This document shows, in pieces, positions 36,801-51,800 of a DNA stretch of 64,000 nucleotides. The stretch's first letter is position 1; every line of letters starts with the position of its first letter. The DNA is from Antedon mediterranea (taxonomy: Eukaryota > Animalia > Echinodermata), in the NCBI RefSeq assembly GCF_964355755.1, contig NC_092674.1, positions 23,250,001 through 23,314,000 on the forward strand. The letters are read 5' to 3'. Made by a program: the position numbers and the translations under genes. The notes beneath the pieces were generated by a model, which was not told where the DNA came from, made no database searches, and saw only the letters and a program-made list of their open reading frames with translations.

Positions 36801-39800
36801 ATGCTGATGTTGAAGTAAACAATAGGAAAGTGCAAGGTAAGTGGTCATCACTGAGCCCCATTCCCATTCTTAATCACTTTCTCACAGATACCTGGACATA
36901 AACCACACTTAAGAATGTCTGAGAATATAAATAGAACAGCCAATTCTTATATTTCACTATGATATCATAAATCCTATAAACACTTAAAATACAATAACCT
37001 TCCATGATACAGGCATCACAAGTGACACACATGAGATGCTGTATTACGGAATTTGCTAATCATATTGGACAAATATTGTCATATGTGAAGATACTGTAGC
37101 ACTGAGAATATACCATCTTTACTTTCTCAATCATCCATATAATAATAAAAAGTGAAGTTCAGTTCAATAAAATAATCTATAAAGGCAACCTAGTTTTGTT
37201 ACAATTATGGTATAGTAAAGATTGCCGAACTGTTGTAATTAATGTTCAACGTACTACTATAGTGCGCTATACTTCATCAATTCAATACGGTATCCGTCAT
37301 TCTACACTGAGCATTCAAATAATTACAGTAGGAGTTACTTTTTGTGAACAGTTAGGTTTTTTGACGAATCGGCCATTTCAGCTTTATCATCAACACAGCC
37401 TATGGTACTTAGTGTATTACAGAATGTACAAATGCCTTTCAGTAGTTTAATTGCCTACTTTTCTTATTGCTTGCCCTTGAGTAAACAGCACTTCAATCTA
37501 ATTGTATGATTTATCCAATACGAATACTACAGTATGGTCTTGTTGGTAGACATTTTAGGGTTTTATTTTAGTATTTGAAATACTTATTTAAGTTTGTATA
37601 GCGCATTATGATACAGCCTCAAATGCTCTTTAAAATAAAAATGCCAGAAAATTAAAAGACAAGTTAAAAATATGAGTTTTAAAGCTGTATCGAAATTGAC
37701 AAATTGAAGTTGCCTGATGGATAAATATAAATAGCCAATACTTCGAAGAAAAACAGAGACCTATAAAAAAGGAGTACCATAATCTTTTGTTGATAGATGG
37801 ATAGAATGAGCAAGTTTATAGACTAGATCACAGATAATGACAATGACATTGGGCATTTTTCAATGTCTTTTTAAGATCTACACTAGTATCAAAGTTTATG
37901 TGACAACAAAATGTGATGTGTCCTTATATGGACATGATGATGTCATATCACTACCACATTTGGGCATATCACTACCATATTTGGGTACATTTTTTGTCAA
38001 ACTAGTTTGATAGTGTAGTCAGTGCTTTAGAATAGAAGATATGTACTACAGTATTCAATACTATGTTAACTGCACATTAAATACTTATTAAGAGAGCTTT
38101 CGCATTGGTACAGTAAACGAAAAGGATGGTGATTAACAGAACATGACGGTTATTTTGAGGCACAAGCGATGGTGGTCAGCCCCCTGCTGACATGGTCCGC
38201 AGAATGTGTACACTTGGCTTGGTGGCCGTGTTTAAAAAGTTTCTTTGTTAACCAGGCTAGGTCTTAGGTTAAATAACGAACATCACCTATCAAAACCTTC
38301 AAAAAAGGATGCTTTTTTTTTTTAATGAGTTTTAAAGAATATTGTAAAGTGAATATATTTTACAATCATACTGAAATTTAGTACTAGTCTCTTGCCATTT
38401 GGATTCCCATGATTATTCTGCACGTAAATTTCATCATTTCAACATATATTATTGATATGGACACCATATTGCTGATTAGTCACACGATATTCAAGTTATA
38501 GAATCAAGATTTTCAAAAATTAATGCAAGAAATAAATTGTACGACTTCAAATAAATCATTTTAGTCAGCATACTGTACATTTGAGCTGTGGATTCAATTT
38601 GGTGTAGGAAATCAATATGTGTACACGTCAGTTGAAGCATAAGTGATCTGCCCCAAATACATGTATCAGTAGTAGACTGAAGAATGAAAGAATTTTGTGT
38701 TATACAAATAATGAATGAATAATGAGTTCGATGGGGCAAATAATTGTATGAGGTGAAAGATGAAAGGTTATATTTTCATATTTTACCCAATAAAATTATT
38801 TTCTTTATTTCATGAATATAAAACATTTTATTTGTTTTATGACACACCTTCTGTGAATTATGTCAGCAACCGAACAACATATTACTAGGCTTACTGTAGC
38901 TAGCCTAAGGTACTGTAGGCTAGTAGAAAGGCAGATTAGCAATTAACAATAAAGCTAAATTGAAGTGCGTTTTAGGTCTAAATAGTACTATACATTCGCT
39001 AGTCTCCATAAATGTTTATGGAGAGGCACCATAAATGTTAGTTCTGATTGAGTGCCATTTTAAATTTTAATGTTTATATGCCAAAGCCAAAGAAAGAAAT
39101 AGGCAGTGCTATTTGATTCCCCCCCCCCCCCCCCCCACTGTGGATATTACACTTAGTTTGATTAGTGTACATCTATTAAATGTCATGTGACCTACGATTT
39201 TCCAATCAAATGACAAGAATTCTACTTGGGTGTGTAATAATGATAGAGTTGTTACTAATCTACAGTTACTATTTATTAGATCAGATTGCAGTGCTGGTAA
39301 AAACAATGGTAGGGAAATTCCCCCTTGCATAGTCTTTGTCTTTCCCTCTTTTTTTTGGGAGAAAGCAATCATGGCTTCAGGATAATATGGTGTTACTGCA
39401 CACTTCAACATGACATTGGATGGTAATTCCCTTTCCAGCTTTCCTGATATTTCTGTATTTTTGTTTTTATTAGGCAAATTGCCAAGGATAACCATAAATG
39501 AATTCATTCACTATCCTTCTTAAAGGTGGCAATCCTGTTCACACAACAAACATTACACAAGATCTCTACAAAAAAAGTCTTATTATAAGTCTTTGGGAGT
39601 GGAGTTGTAATTTGTCAATTAAAAAAAATGTTTGACAGGACTTGAAGCAAGGACCCTTTGATTGTTAGACAACATCATAAACACCAAACCACAACTCTAC
39701 TATATAGTCAAACAGTATAATATATAATCTTTTGAAATTGAAAGAATTTTGAAATTGAAAAAAGACCAAATTACTTTAATTTTCTCCAAAATAATAATTC

Positions 39801-42800
39801 TTTTCTGTAATGATAGTAATTTTTTACAGAAAATATTCACATTTCAGCTATGTTGACATTTAAAAACTATTGAATTTTATGCAAACCTCTGCTACTGTAT
39901 CTTGAAGGTTGTACAGTAGTCTGCATATACATAGTGTGTGGAAAATCAATGACAAATAGCTCATTCATTATAGCCTACAGTAACAATCTGTCATATGCTT
40001 TCATTATAAATGATTCTAAAAAAAAAGTAAATATTTAACAGAAATAATGTTTATAATTAAATACTACAAAAAGTAGTAATGTATTATAAAAATTGTTTAT
40101 TTTACTTTAGTGAAGAGTTATGACTGAATATTTGGAATACTTTTTATTATTAATAATGCTATTATGGTTTTAAATTACATTTTAATAAAACTAATTTTTT
40201 TCTTTTTAGTGTACAGAAACCAAAAATGGATGAAGCGGGCTTGGCAGGATGTGAGTTTAATATTCAGATTTCCTTTATATTTTTTTTATTGTGGATTATT
40301 TGTGTGACATTGTGCTAACTATCTTTAAGCTCTGTCTACACTATCAAACATTGTGTGACAAAAAAATGTGATGTGCCCAAATATGGTGGTGATATGACAT
40401 CATCATGTCCATATATGGGCACATTTTTTGTCACATGAAGTTTGATAGTGTAGACAGAGCATTAGCATAATATAATACTTGATAATGTTGAATAATCAAT
40501 GGTAGAGAGTGTTGGGCAATGGACTCTCGAGCTGGGGAAGTCACATTGCTGTGTCCTTTAGGTAAAGACGCTTTACATTTGCCTCTCCACCCAGGTGTAC
40601 AAATGGGTACTTTGTATGTGCAAAGCTCATTAAACTGCACTGATTATCAGCTGCAACATTATGGAATTATGTTCCCATGTTTGATACAAAATGACCACGG
40701 GCAATAATGTTTCCAGGGCATTGGGCACTTAGTTATGTGCGCTATAAGAATGACTAATTATTATTTCCGCCTACAGTAGGTGATTATATTTTTGTCTGAG
40801 ATAGTTGTGGGTATGTTTGTCTGTTAGCAGGATCAAAACTAAGACCAATCTTCACCAAATTGAAACCACAGATAGACATGTGGTCACGGACGTACCCATT
40901 ACATTGGAGGCAATCTGGACCAGTATCCCAATTCTGGACCACTTTATTATTTTAGACGGATCTTTATCAGTATTCTTGATCCTTTTTCTCTTTTTACTGC
41001 TAGCAACTCTCTGATTGCTCTTGTTATAATAATTGTAGATTCATAGAGTTTTATGAATATGATTTTTCAATTCACACGCAGTACCTAGTGTACGTGAAGT
41101 GTAAATTGTAATCAGTGTGAACTTTTGAGGAGTCTCAATTTTGAATGTAATAAAGCTGATTTAACTATGCATCAATTCCCCAGGCTGTCATTTAAATGCA
41201 GAAAATCTAATTATCTTTGGCTTAATTGGTTGATTGTTTAAAAGAAATACAAAAGTCATGAATGTACTGTATGAATATTCTATTATCTGTTAAATTTCAA
41301 GAATATTTAAAATTTACCTTAGAATACAGAACTTATGAAGTAAAAAATTATATAAATGTGCATTATGATATTATATTGTTTTGTACATGGCAAAAACCAT
41401 GTTTCAAAAAGGAAATAAAGTACATATGGTTGACAATGTCTCAACGAATTTTGCAAAGCGAAAAATTGCGCAACCAATCAGAGCTTAGGAAATGTACTAT
41501 GACGCTTTCATGCGAATTGAAAAGCTCAGCAGACACGCTATGAAAATGAAAATTGCAGCTTTTGTAGTGGACAGTTAGCACAACTTTTTTCTTTGCAATT
41601 CGCATGAACACATTCGCCTAGTGGAAAACAGGCTTTAGATCTCAAACTGTTTACTAATATGCATTCTGAAAATCAGTAATTTTCGCCCAGATCAACAGTG
41701 TCTATTGACTATTACAATATTAAGTATATTATATGTTTATTATATTATTTCTATTTTATAACCTTGTTAATTCAGGTTTGTGTAGGTGACTTTGTCAAGG
41801 TTGAAAGAGATGAAGTCTTTCCATCTGATCTTATTCTCCTGGCCTCCAGGTAAAATTTTGATTTGATACTGTACACATTTTATTTTTGTCCTTGTTGGAG
41901 CAAGCAGTAGTTATGTCTGTCAGGCCTATGAATAGGGCTTGCACCTAAATGTGCTTCTTGATATATTTTTAATATTGCAGTGTATAAATTCTGAGGTAGA
42001 TGTTTTTTTTTTAAAAAGACATGATAATTTATTTTGTCATTTTGATTGCTTGCAGAATATCCTAAAATGGCCTAGTATTGCTTTTTGTATTTTTTTATCA
42101 ATCAATAATTGGTTGGGAAGGTACAATCCACATGCATCCACTCCCTATAATCAAATTTTGATAAACTTACACTCCTTGTACTTGATAGTGAACCCCAGGC
42201 AATGTGTTACATTGAGACTGCCAACCTCGATGGTGAAACCAACCTGAAGATCAGACAAGGATTGCCTCAGACGGCTCACATGTCCACATGCCAGGAGCTG
42301 TATAACCTGTCGGGATCAATTGAATGTCAACTACCAAATAAACTAATCTATGAATTTGCAGGAAATATTAAAATAAAAGAAGAATCAACTACGTAAGTAA
42401 TGAAGAACTTTAGATATAGGATGAGCTGTACCTATTTTTCTTCAAGTCATATACAGCAGTTCTGTCATATGTACTGTAGTATCCCATTTGTCTCTCCTTG
42501 TAACAAGTGTAGACCCTTATTAAATTATCTCTAAAATAATTGCCTTTCAGTGAGAGAGACCAGCAGTTTATGTGCTTCATTCTATAAATGTTTACTTTTC
42601 TTTTTTTTTTCATAAAATTGCCATCAAGATGAACTGTTAAAAAATAAATAATTAAAACAAATCATGATATTTGTTTGGTTATGATGATAATAAGAACATT
42701 TTATTTGACAGTAAAATCCCACTTGGTCCAAACCAAGTCCTGCTGCGTGGTGCGACCTTGAAGAACACGCATTGGATCATTGGCGTGGTGATATACACCG

Positions 42801-45800
42801 GTCACGAGAGTAAACTTCTCATGAACTCCCGATCCGCACCTTTGAAACAGTCAACGGTGGACAAGACGACAAACTCCCAGATTTTTTACCTGTTCTTCGG
42901 TTTGCTGAGCTTGTCTTTGATTAGCGCCATAGCTCAACAAGCTTGGACGAATAGACAAAAATTTAATCATTGGTATCTGGGATATGAAGGTAGGTAGAAT
43001 AAATCATACAAATATTGAATGTTTATGAGTGCAATGGTACAATTAGTTTCATAAGGTGAAAATAGAATGTTTCATATTTCACTGAATGTAATTATTTGTT
43101 CCATTGCACGAATATAAATAAAACATTCATTATTTTTTTTATAATACACTACTTTAACTAGAGGCTAGGCTGAGGCAGTACTCCAATTGTGGACGCTGAG
43201 TAAAACAATTATTGATGGCGCATACTACAGGCCAACAGTCATAATAATGAAATTCAAAGACCATATAATGAAATTCAAAGACCATATAATGAAATTCAAA
43301 GACCATATAATGAAATTCAAAGACCATATAATGAAATTCAACGGCCATATAATGAAATTCAGCGGCCATATAATGAAATTCAAAGACCATATAATGAAAT
43401 TCAACGGCCATATAATGAAATTCAATGGCCATATAATGAAATTCAACGGCCATATAATGAAATTCAACGGCCATATTTTCATTCATTCATTCAATCAATT
43501 CTATTCATGTTAATTGGAATGTCCAGGTATTCGTTCTAAATCTGTCAACATTTATTAATATTATTTGCATTTACATTATACAGACATATAGATAGACTAA
43601 TCATTAATTATGTATGACATATTTAATAGGATAGCTAATAATCTTTTATTTAAATCCTGTTATAAATGAATAATTTAAAGCATCTTCCCGTATTACGTCA
43701 TTGTGAATTTTACAAGCTGATAAGTTCTTGCAATTTAAGTTCAGCCGAATAATAATTAGTATTATATTCCTTCTTTGGATATGTGCCTTTTTTATCCTAG
43801 TCATAAATCAACATCCTATTCAATGTAGTTTTTTTATTTCATCACCTAAAAGCATAATTTGTTTTAGGTGTGATAATAATATTAGATTTACACTTTATAA
43901 GTAATGTGTAGGTTTCATTAATCTTTTATTAAGAATGGAAAGGTCATAACATATTTTCAAAAAAGCTTTATATATATTAGAGAAAATTGATAAAATATGT
44001 CCGACTGTTAAGAAGGTTCTTGTCTGGGTTACCTTCTAAAGCTCTGTCTACACTATCAAACTAGTTTGCCAAAAAAGTGTGATGTGCCCAAATATGGTAG
44101 TGATATGCCCCAATGTGGTTGAGATATAACGTTGTCATGTCCATATATGGGCACATCACATTTTTTGTCACATAAATTTGATAGTGTAGACGGCTCGAGC
44201 TTTAGCTTTCCTGTAGGAGAGATACTGAATTTATGGGTGATTTCCAAGCGTGAAAAACCAGAGTTGAAAATCTTTTCACTTTAATATGACTAATGAATTT
44301 AAGCTTTTTTCTCCTTTATTGCAGAAAAAAAACCAAGTAATTTCTTCTATAATTTCTTAACTTTCATCATCTTGTACAACAACTTAATTCCAATCAGTCT
44401 ACCAGTCACGTTGGAGCTGGTCAAATTTGGACAGGCACTTTTTATTAATTCGGTAAGTATATATACAGTGTAGAAACCCTCCTTTGGGACACCCCTATGA
44501 GGGGCATTGTTTTAACACTACCTCCAAGCCCTGTCAAGTGACTGTTAATTTAAATTTTATGATTAAATAAGGCATGGTTTTGAGTGACTTAAGCTCCGTC
44601 CACACTTTCAAACTAGTTTGATAAAAAAAGTGTGATGTGTCCAAATATGGTAGTGATATGCCAAAATATGGTAGTGATATGCCCCAATGTGGTTGAGATA
44701 TATATGGTCCATATATAGGCACATTAGTATTCACATCAAGTTTGATAGTGTAGACAAGGCTTTGGACTGCAGATTCAAGATATTTTTCTTTATGTTAAAT
44801 ACTTTTGTTCATAACATCCAAATTGTCTCTTGCTAATAAAAGGTCTTCCTCTGGCGTGTGGGCGTGTAATAAGTTATTTCAAACCCTTGGTTAATATTTC
44901 AGATGCCTTGACATTTCAGTTTGACTTAATATACATCAGTGATATATCTCATAGTTATACTTTCAGTATTGGGTATTCATATCTTTTCTGTGTTGTGAGC
45001 TTTTTAGCATTGATTATCGTTATTAGAATACTATCAATCAGTGTGTCATCTTGATTGATTATAGAGTGTGTTAAGGCAACTCTCCTTTATTATTCTTATT
45101 GTCTAATAGCAGATTCTTACTCAATTTTAATTTAGCCATTTGACTATTTCAGCCATAATAAAATTTGCAAATAAAGTAACTGGTCGAAATTTGAATATCA
45201 TTGAGGATTAATACATTATATTTGGCAGATCAAAGGTGCCGGCCTTCCTAGTCATATACAGTGAATGATTTAGGAGTGGAGTTTGTGGCTTGGTGGTTTT
45301 GATGCTTGGCTTCCACTCCACGGGTCCTGGGTTGAAGTCCCGTCAGATGTCAGGATTTTTTCTAAGAAAAAATTACAATTCCCCTTCCAAGAGCCTTAGT
45401 TCATAAGAAGTATAGGCAGACCTGCAACATTTTTTGTGACAAAGTGATTTTTCAGGAAAGGTCCAGAACTATGATTGGAACATCTTACTGGTTTTGTCAG
45501 AATGTCTTGTTTAGGCTGCATTCACATCTTGTGGTGTTTGTTAAATAACATTATAATAACAAAATTATGTAAAGAATTAAATATTTCGTGAAACGGAAAC
45601 AAGTGTGAATGTAACAAACTCTGTCTACACTGTCAAACTTTATGTGACAAAAATGTAATGTACCCTTATATAGACATGATGATGTCATATCACTACCATA
45701 TTGAGGCATATCACTATCATATTTGGGCACATGACACTTTTTTGTCAAACTAATTGGATAGTGCAGACAGAGTTTTACTGGTTTGTGAGAGTGACTGCAT

Positions 45801-48800
45801 GTATTTAACTTTATTTAATAGGATCTGGAGATGTACCATGAGGAGTCCAACACACCCGCCCAGGCCCGTACGTCAAACCTAAATGATGAACTTGGTCAAG
45901 TCAAGTACATATTCTCGGACAAGACCGGTACGCTGACCTGTAACATGATGCAGTTCAGACGATGTAGTATTGCTGGTATCAAGTATGGGTAAGTTGCCTC
46001 TTAATTCTCATGTTTTTCCTTCAATTCCCCACCAATTTGTTATTCAATTTCTTCTTCGAAAAGTAAAGATATATGCATACAAACACTAAGAATAAACGCC
46101 AATTTACACAGACGAGCAGTAACAGTAATAGAAAATATAGAATCTGATATTTTTCCATATGACCACAACACGGAGCGGACATGCGGTTCCCGCTCAGGAT
46201 AGATACAGATTCTATGTGGACAAGCTACGCGGTTGTCTGCATACCGTTACCGCTCGTCTGTGTAAATTGGCCGTAAGATAACATGTATTTAAAATATTGG
46301 ACAAAAAGGAAGAAGATAAAAAACAAATGCATGCCTATCGAACTCAACTTTTAAACATAAAATGACATTTCTTTTAAAAGTTTGTATCAAATAAAATCAT
46401 CAAAAATGTAATTAATATCAAAATACATAGTATAATAAATAGTACAATATAGACAATTAATAATTAAAAGTTTGAGAATTACCAATTTGCTTGTTTTGTA
46501 GGTTTTTCTATATTTCATATCTCGCCCATGCATTGGAATTTTTTTCCATATTTTTGTGCCTTTGTGGAAAATTTCATTTGCTCTAAGACTATTGCAGTAG
46601 TATACCATCCATGGATATTTTCCAATATTTTGTAAATTCTTATATAATACTATGTTTTATTTGAGGGGATAACAAAAAGATCTACCCCAGAGCCTACAGG
46701 CACTCGTGATTATATCTTCTTGTTTTCAGGTCAAGTGATGATACCAGTGCAATATTTAATGATCCACAGTTACTGGAGAATTTAAGTGAAAAACATGTGA
46801 GTGTGATCTTTAATAAACAGTAGGGAGCTTTAGATTTCCAATGACCAAAGTATCAGTGTTCTTCTAAAGCAGGTTTTGCCAGCAGGATTTGCTATTGCCT
46901 CCAACCCATATTAAAAATGGTTTAAGAAAATTATACAGGTTAAGGCCTAGACATTAAAAACATAGACGAAGAGCAATTGATGGCTATATTTTGTCAATTT
47001 GATAGACAATTTTATTTGTATATTGGGAGAACACTGAAAGTATACCATATTATTACTCACTTTGCACATATGGGGATACAGTCAACTCTCCCAATACCGG
47101 ACTCTCTGAAAACCAGAAACTCTCCCAATACCAGACTTTTTTTGAGGACCAAAAGGTCCCAAATTCATTTTTACCATTAAAAACACATTCTGAATACCAG
47201 ACTTTCCGGAAAACCAGACTTATTTGGCCGGCCCAAAGGTGTCCGGTATTGGGAGAGTTGACTGTATAGGGATGTGTTTCCTCATTTCTTGCTTCCCACC
47301 TTGACAAACGTTTGATGGTGTCTTGTTGGTCCAGACAACGGCCAATGACTGATTGACCTGACCTAGTACCATAAAGACACTCTATAAAGCTCTGTTTACA
47401 CTATCAAACAAGTTGGATTATAACAATATGTGCTGCGCTCAAATATGGTAGTGATACTGATGTCATTGTGTCCACATATGGGCACATCACATTTTTGTTG
47501 TCACATAATGTATGATAATGCAGACAGAACTTTACAGAATTTTCCTACGATACTGGAGAGTATTTCTCTTACTTGGTGAACAATTTTAATAAAGTGCTTA
47601 TTACTAATGTAAAAGCAGTATGAAGCAGTGTTAGGTAACAAATCCAGAATTCTGTATATTAGTATATATTACACTTTCGCCAATAATGATAGGATACAGT
47701 AGCATAGAATAACCATTAAAGTTCCATTTACACTAGACATTTAATTACATCGTGTTCCCAAATGGACAATATAATATGTTGTATTTATTGAATAGATTAT
47801 GGGTTTATCTAATAGAAATAGGTAATTTGGTTTTACATAAATATAGAAAAGTTGAATTGCTAGACATTTTTGTTTCAGTCATGCCAAATGCTGAGTAAAC
47901 TGATTGGGTCGTGAGGGGTTCCAAAATTTTACGGAGGTAGGGGAGTGCGGGTTGGGTTCTTCCTCTTTGGATCCAACTACAACTTAAGTCAAGCCAAGCT
48001 TAAGATGACTGTAAATTTGCCATTGATTAACTAGTTTAAAAAAGTAAATTTAAACACCTTTTTATGTATTATGATTGATTCTTAAAGCTATGAATATTTG
48101 TTATTAAAAGTGTTTTTCTCAATTGCTTTACCATAATAAATCTCTGTTTTATTGGAAAGGTTATATTTTTACTTCCCATGGAAAGCAGTGATTAATTTTT
48201 TAAAGCTACAGTATGAATATTATAATAATTACTATAGTATAAAGTAATCATATACATATTATGTATTAAAAATTCTAAAAAGCTGTGAATATTCTATTTA
48301 ACGTAATCATATACTATTTTTAAAATATCTTGGTATAATAATATGATAAATTCTAAAATGCAGTGCTTTTATATCCAAAAGTTCATACCGAGTTTGTTAA
48401 ATGTCAAATTTACGGTACACGCAGCGCATACACACACCCATGAGTAATCTAGTTAAGTTTTAGTGTCGTATGAGACAACGTTAAATGTCAATAGCATTAT
48501 TCACATTAAATCAAACACGTTTAATACAAGGCAGTCAATGTGTATTGCACACTGACACAACCAGTTTTATTGTTCAACAGTAACTATTCACATTACAAGT
48601 TGAGCTATGCATTTATTACACACCAGTCAAAAATCTGCCTCGCATTCGGCATGAAATGCGCCTCTCCTTATACACAATGCACAATGTTTGTCCCTGTTCA
48701 ACAGCAATATTAATTTTACCTTACAATTCATACACATTTTGCACAAAATTCTTTATTGCATTGCGGTACTTAAACGCACATAAGCTGGTTTAGCTAAAGG

Positions 48801-51800
48801 GAGCATGCCCCAATGTTTTTACTCTGTTATACACTGTTCAAATGCGCCAAATAATATGCAAAACGTTGTTGTGCCAGTATGTGCTCAACAGAGCATATCA
48901 TGGTTAATAAAATAGAAATTGATTTACTATCTATAGTTACAGTACCTATCAACGTAAGAACATGTTTCTTTCCTCATGTGTTTGTCCGTTAAACACCAAC
49001 TTTAACGGACCCTTGTACTTACAATATCATAGCACACATTACAAAGTTTAATATAATAATATCTATTAATACCCCATTCACAATACAAATATTCTACAAA
49101 ATGTTACATTATTGAACAAATTTGGAAAAATACAGTAATCTGTGAGAATGAGAAGAAGCGTTCCTAACCGGGATTCAAGACGGAACCTTGTGCTTGTTAT
49201 GCAGGTGTCCTGACTGTTAGATCACTGTGGTCATGGTATTGTTCAAATTTGATTTTATACAGCCTCTACTTTGTTACAAACATGTGAAAACATTTTTTTT
49301 TAAACTAATCTGTAAAGATTTCATTGACGTGAGCAGTTATTGTCCATACGTTGTTTATACAGTGATTGCATACCGTACCAAAGTAGTTTGCGTAAGATTA
49401 TCCCAGAAGATACAATGTTACATTCTTGTTGTACATGTAAATCCAGTATATCAGACAATGTTAAATGTTAGCTGCATTTGTTTAAATTAGATTTTGAACA
49501 AATTTATTTAATTCCTATGGCAGTCAGAATGCATGACAAAATACAGGCAGCTGTATTTCATAAATTTACTTCAGACGTTTTGAATAAAAGCTCTCAGGAC
49601 GTGGTGGAACGGTCATTGCTTTTAAACTTATTATGATCAAAACTTGTAAATACAATAAGATTCACTGAATAATTTAGTACCAAAATAAGGAAATGTATTA
49701 TTCAAAAGAATTGTTGAGAATAATAATATTAAGAAAATCTTCTATTGCGCCAGTTTCCATAAAACAGACGTTGATGGTGCATTGACACAACAATAACATG
49801 GAAAAACAGTATATTGTTATTTATTACATATTTTACCAGAGGGTTTTTTGTGTTTATGAATTTTTAATGATTGTCTAAAATTCTCCCACCATTCACACGC
49901 ATACTGCTCTTGTTAGGGCTGTGAAAGCTCTTAAATCGGGGAAACCTCTCGGCATCTAAAGACAAGGATTCAAGAACATATGGGTAGGGATAAAAATTCA
50001 CATAATAATAGACAAACACATTAACAACTAGAAAGCCACTCCGAGAGGGCATACCTCCGCCTACTGTAAAATTCTCCTACATGAGATTTTTCCGGTAAAA
50101 AAAAAAATATATATATATTTGTGTGTGTCTTAATGCTGTTTGTGATTTAGGCTAATTTCATTACAAGCCTGTGTATGCGAGTTTGGTGTAATGGTTATGT
50201 AACAAGCCTTTCAATTAACAATAGATTCAGTTGACTAACAATAGAACAGCAACGCGAAAATCAAACGAGTGAATTTGAAAAGAAATAGGTTTTTTAAACT
50301 ACTCGCATCAAAAAATGTGCACATTAAATCAAATTATGTTTTAAAATTACAAATCACAAATTATAACTCTTGCCTCTTGTTCAAAAATTAAGTTTTTTGG
50401 ACAAGTAGTTCTCGAGAAAATTCAATTTCAGTTTACTTGTTACTTTAAGACTGCTTGCCGGCTTTTGAAAAATTCTGTCCTATCTTTTAACACTAGCAGG
50501 TCTAAAAAAGTATATTAAAAAGTGGTCCAGAATTAGGACTGTGGTCCCAAATGGTCCCAAAATTTAATGGAATGGTCCTTGACCACATATCTATCTGTCT
50601 ATTAATTTTGGTAAAGATCTTGTAATTACTTTTTGAATAATCCTGCTAACAAACAAACAAACAAACACACGCTACTGATTACATATACCTCCTTGGCGGA
50701 GGTAAATTAATAAGAATTGTCTAGATCAATGCAGGAAATAAAATTTCAAAATTGTATTACACAGCCACCATTAGTTACAAATTTACAATAAAAAAAGCCC
50801 TATATATAAAATGGAATAACCCATCTCAACAAAATCCATCTGAAAATTCTGAACACTATACAGTATATATAAGAATTAATTTATATGCTACTGTAAATTC
50901 AGATAAAAATACAAGATCCATGTAACTTTAATTGTCTTCACAAATTGTCAAACAAAAAGTGTAAAAGTATAAAACATTAAAAATCTTTAAAAAGGTTAAA
51001 AACGTATTGTTACAATTACAAATATATCAAACAGTATATATAAATGCTGTATAGATCAGTGGTTGGATCTCAAATGGAGATACAAGTACAATAAGCAAAA
51101 AGCTCAATCAAAACAATAAAAACAATAAAGTAAAACAGGCAGAAAAATATACAGTTAAACAGTATATATAAATGCTGTATAGATCAGTAGTTGGATCTCA
51201 AATGGAGATACAAATAGAATAAGCAAAAAGCTTAATTAAAACAATAAAGTAAAACAGGCAGAAAAATATACAGTTAAACAGTATATATAAATGCTGTATA
51301 GATCAGTAGTTGGATCTCAAATGGAGATACAAATAGAATAAGCAAAAAGCTCAATTAAAACAATAAAAACAATAAAGTAAAACAGGCAGAAAAATATACA
51401 GTTAAACAGTATATATAAATGCTGTATAGATCAGTAGTTGGATCTCAAATGGAGATACAAATAGAATAAGCAAAAAGCTTAATTAAAACAATAAAAACAA
51501 TAAAGTAAAACAGGCAGAAAAATTTACAGTTAAACAGTATATATAATATATATATATATAACAGCTTTAATTTGATCATTTTTCAGGTTTCATCTGCTCA
51601 CATCCGTATGTTCCTGACTATGTTGGCCGTATGTCATACAGTCGTTCCCGAGAGAGAGCATGGAAAATTAAGTTACCAAGCATCATCACCAGGTAAATTA
51701 TAGATAACAGATTTAAACCTAGTCATGTATAACAAATTAACTAGAGTCAAAGGTTGCGCTGTTTAGGAAGTGTTCCTCACTCAGCACGAATGCGTTTTGG

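Noticed and set aside
39109-39507. 132-aa minus-strand ORF as a nested gene
   Set aside because: No recognisable domain, no convincing splice signals, and it ends in a poly-G run; chance ORF or decayed TE.
40772-40800. TVGDYIFV stretch resembling a duplicate of the VCVGDFVKV exon (which has mutually exclusive variants in vertebrate ATP8A1)
   Set aside because: Immediately hits TGA, has no in-frame acceptor, and is the terminus of a decayed Helentron-like element.
43154-43513. Three overlapping repetitive ORFs ([14 protein letters not shown] repeats)
   Set aside because: Translations of a 21-bp minisatellite.
48531-48562. Hairpin containing TATTGCAC (miR-92-like seed) as a pre-miRNA
   Set aside because: The stem is only about 9 bp, the seed falls in the loop, and the rest does not match miR-92.
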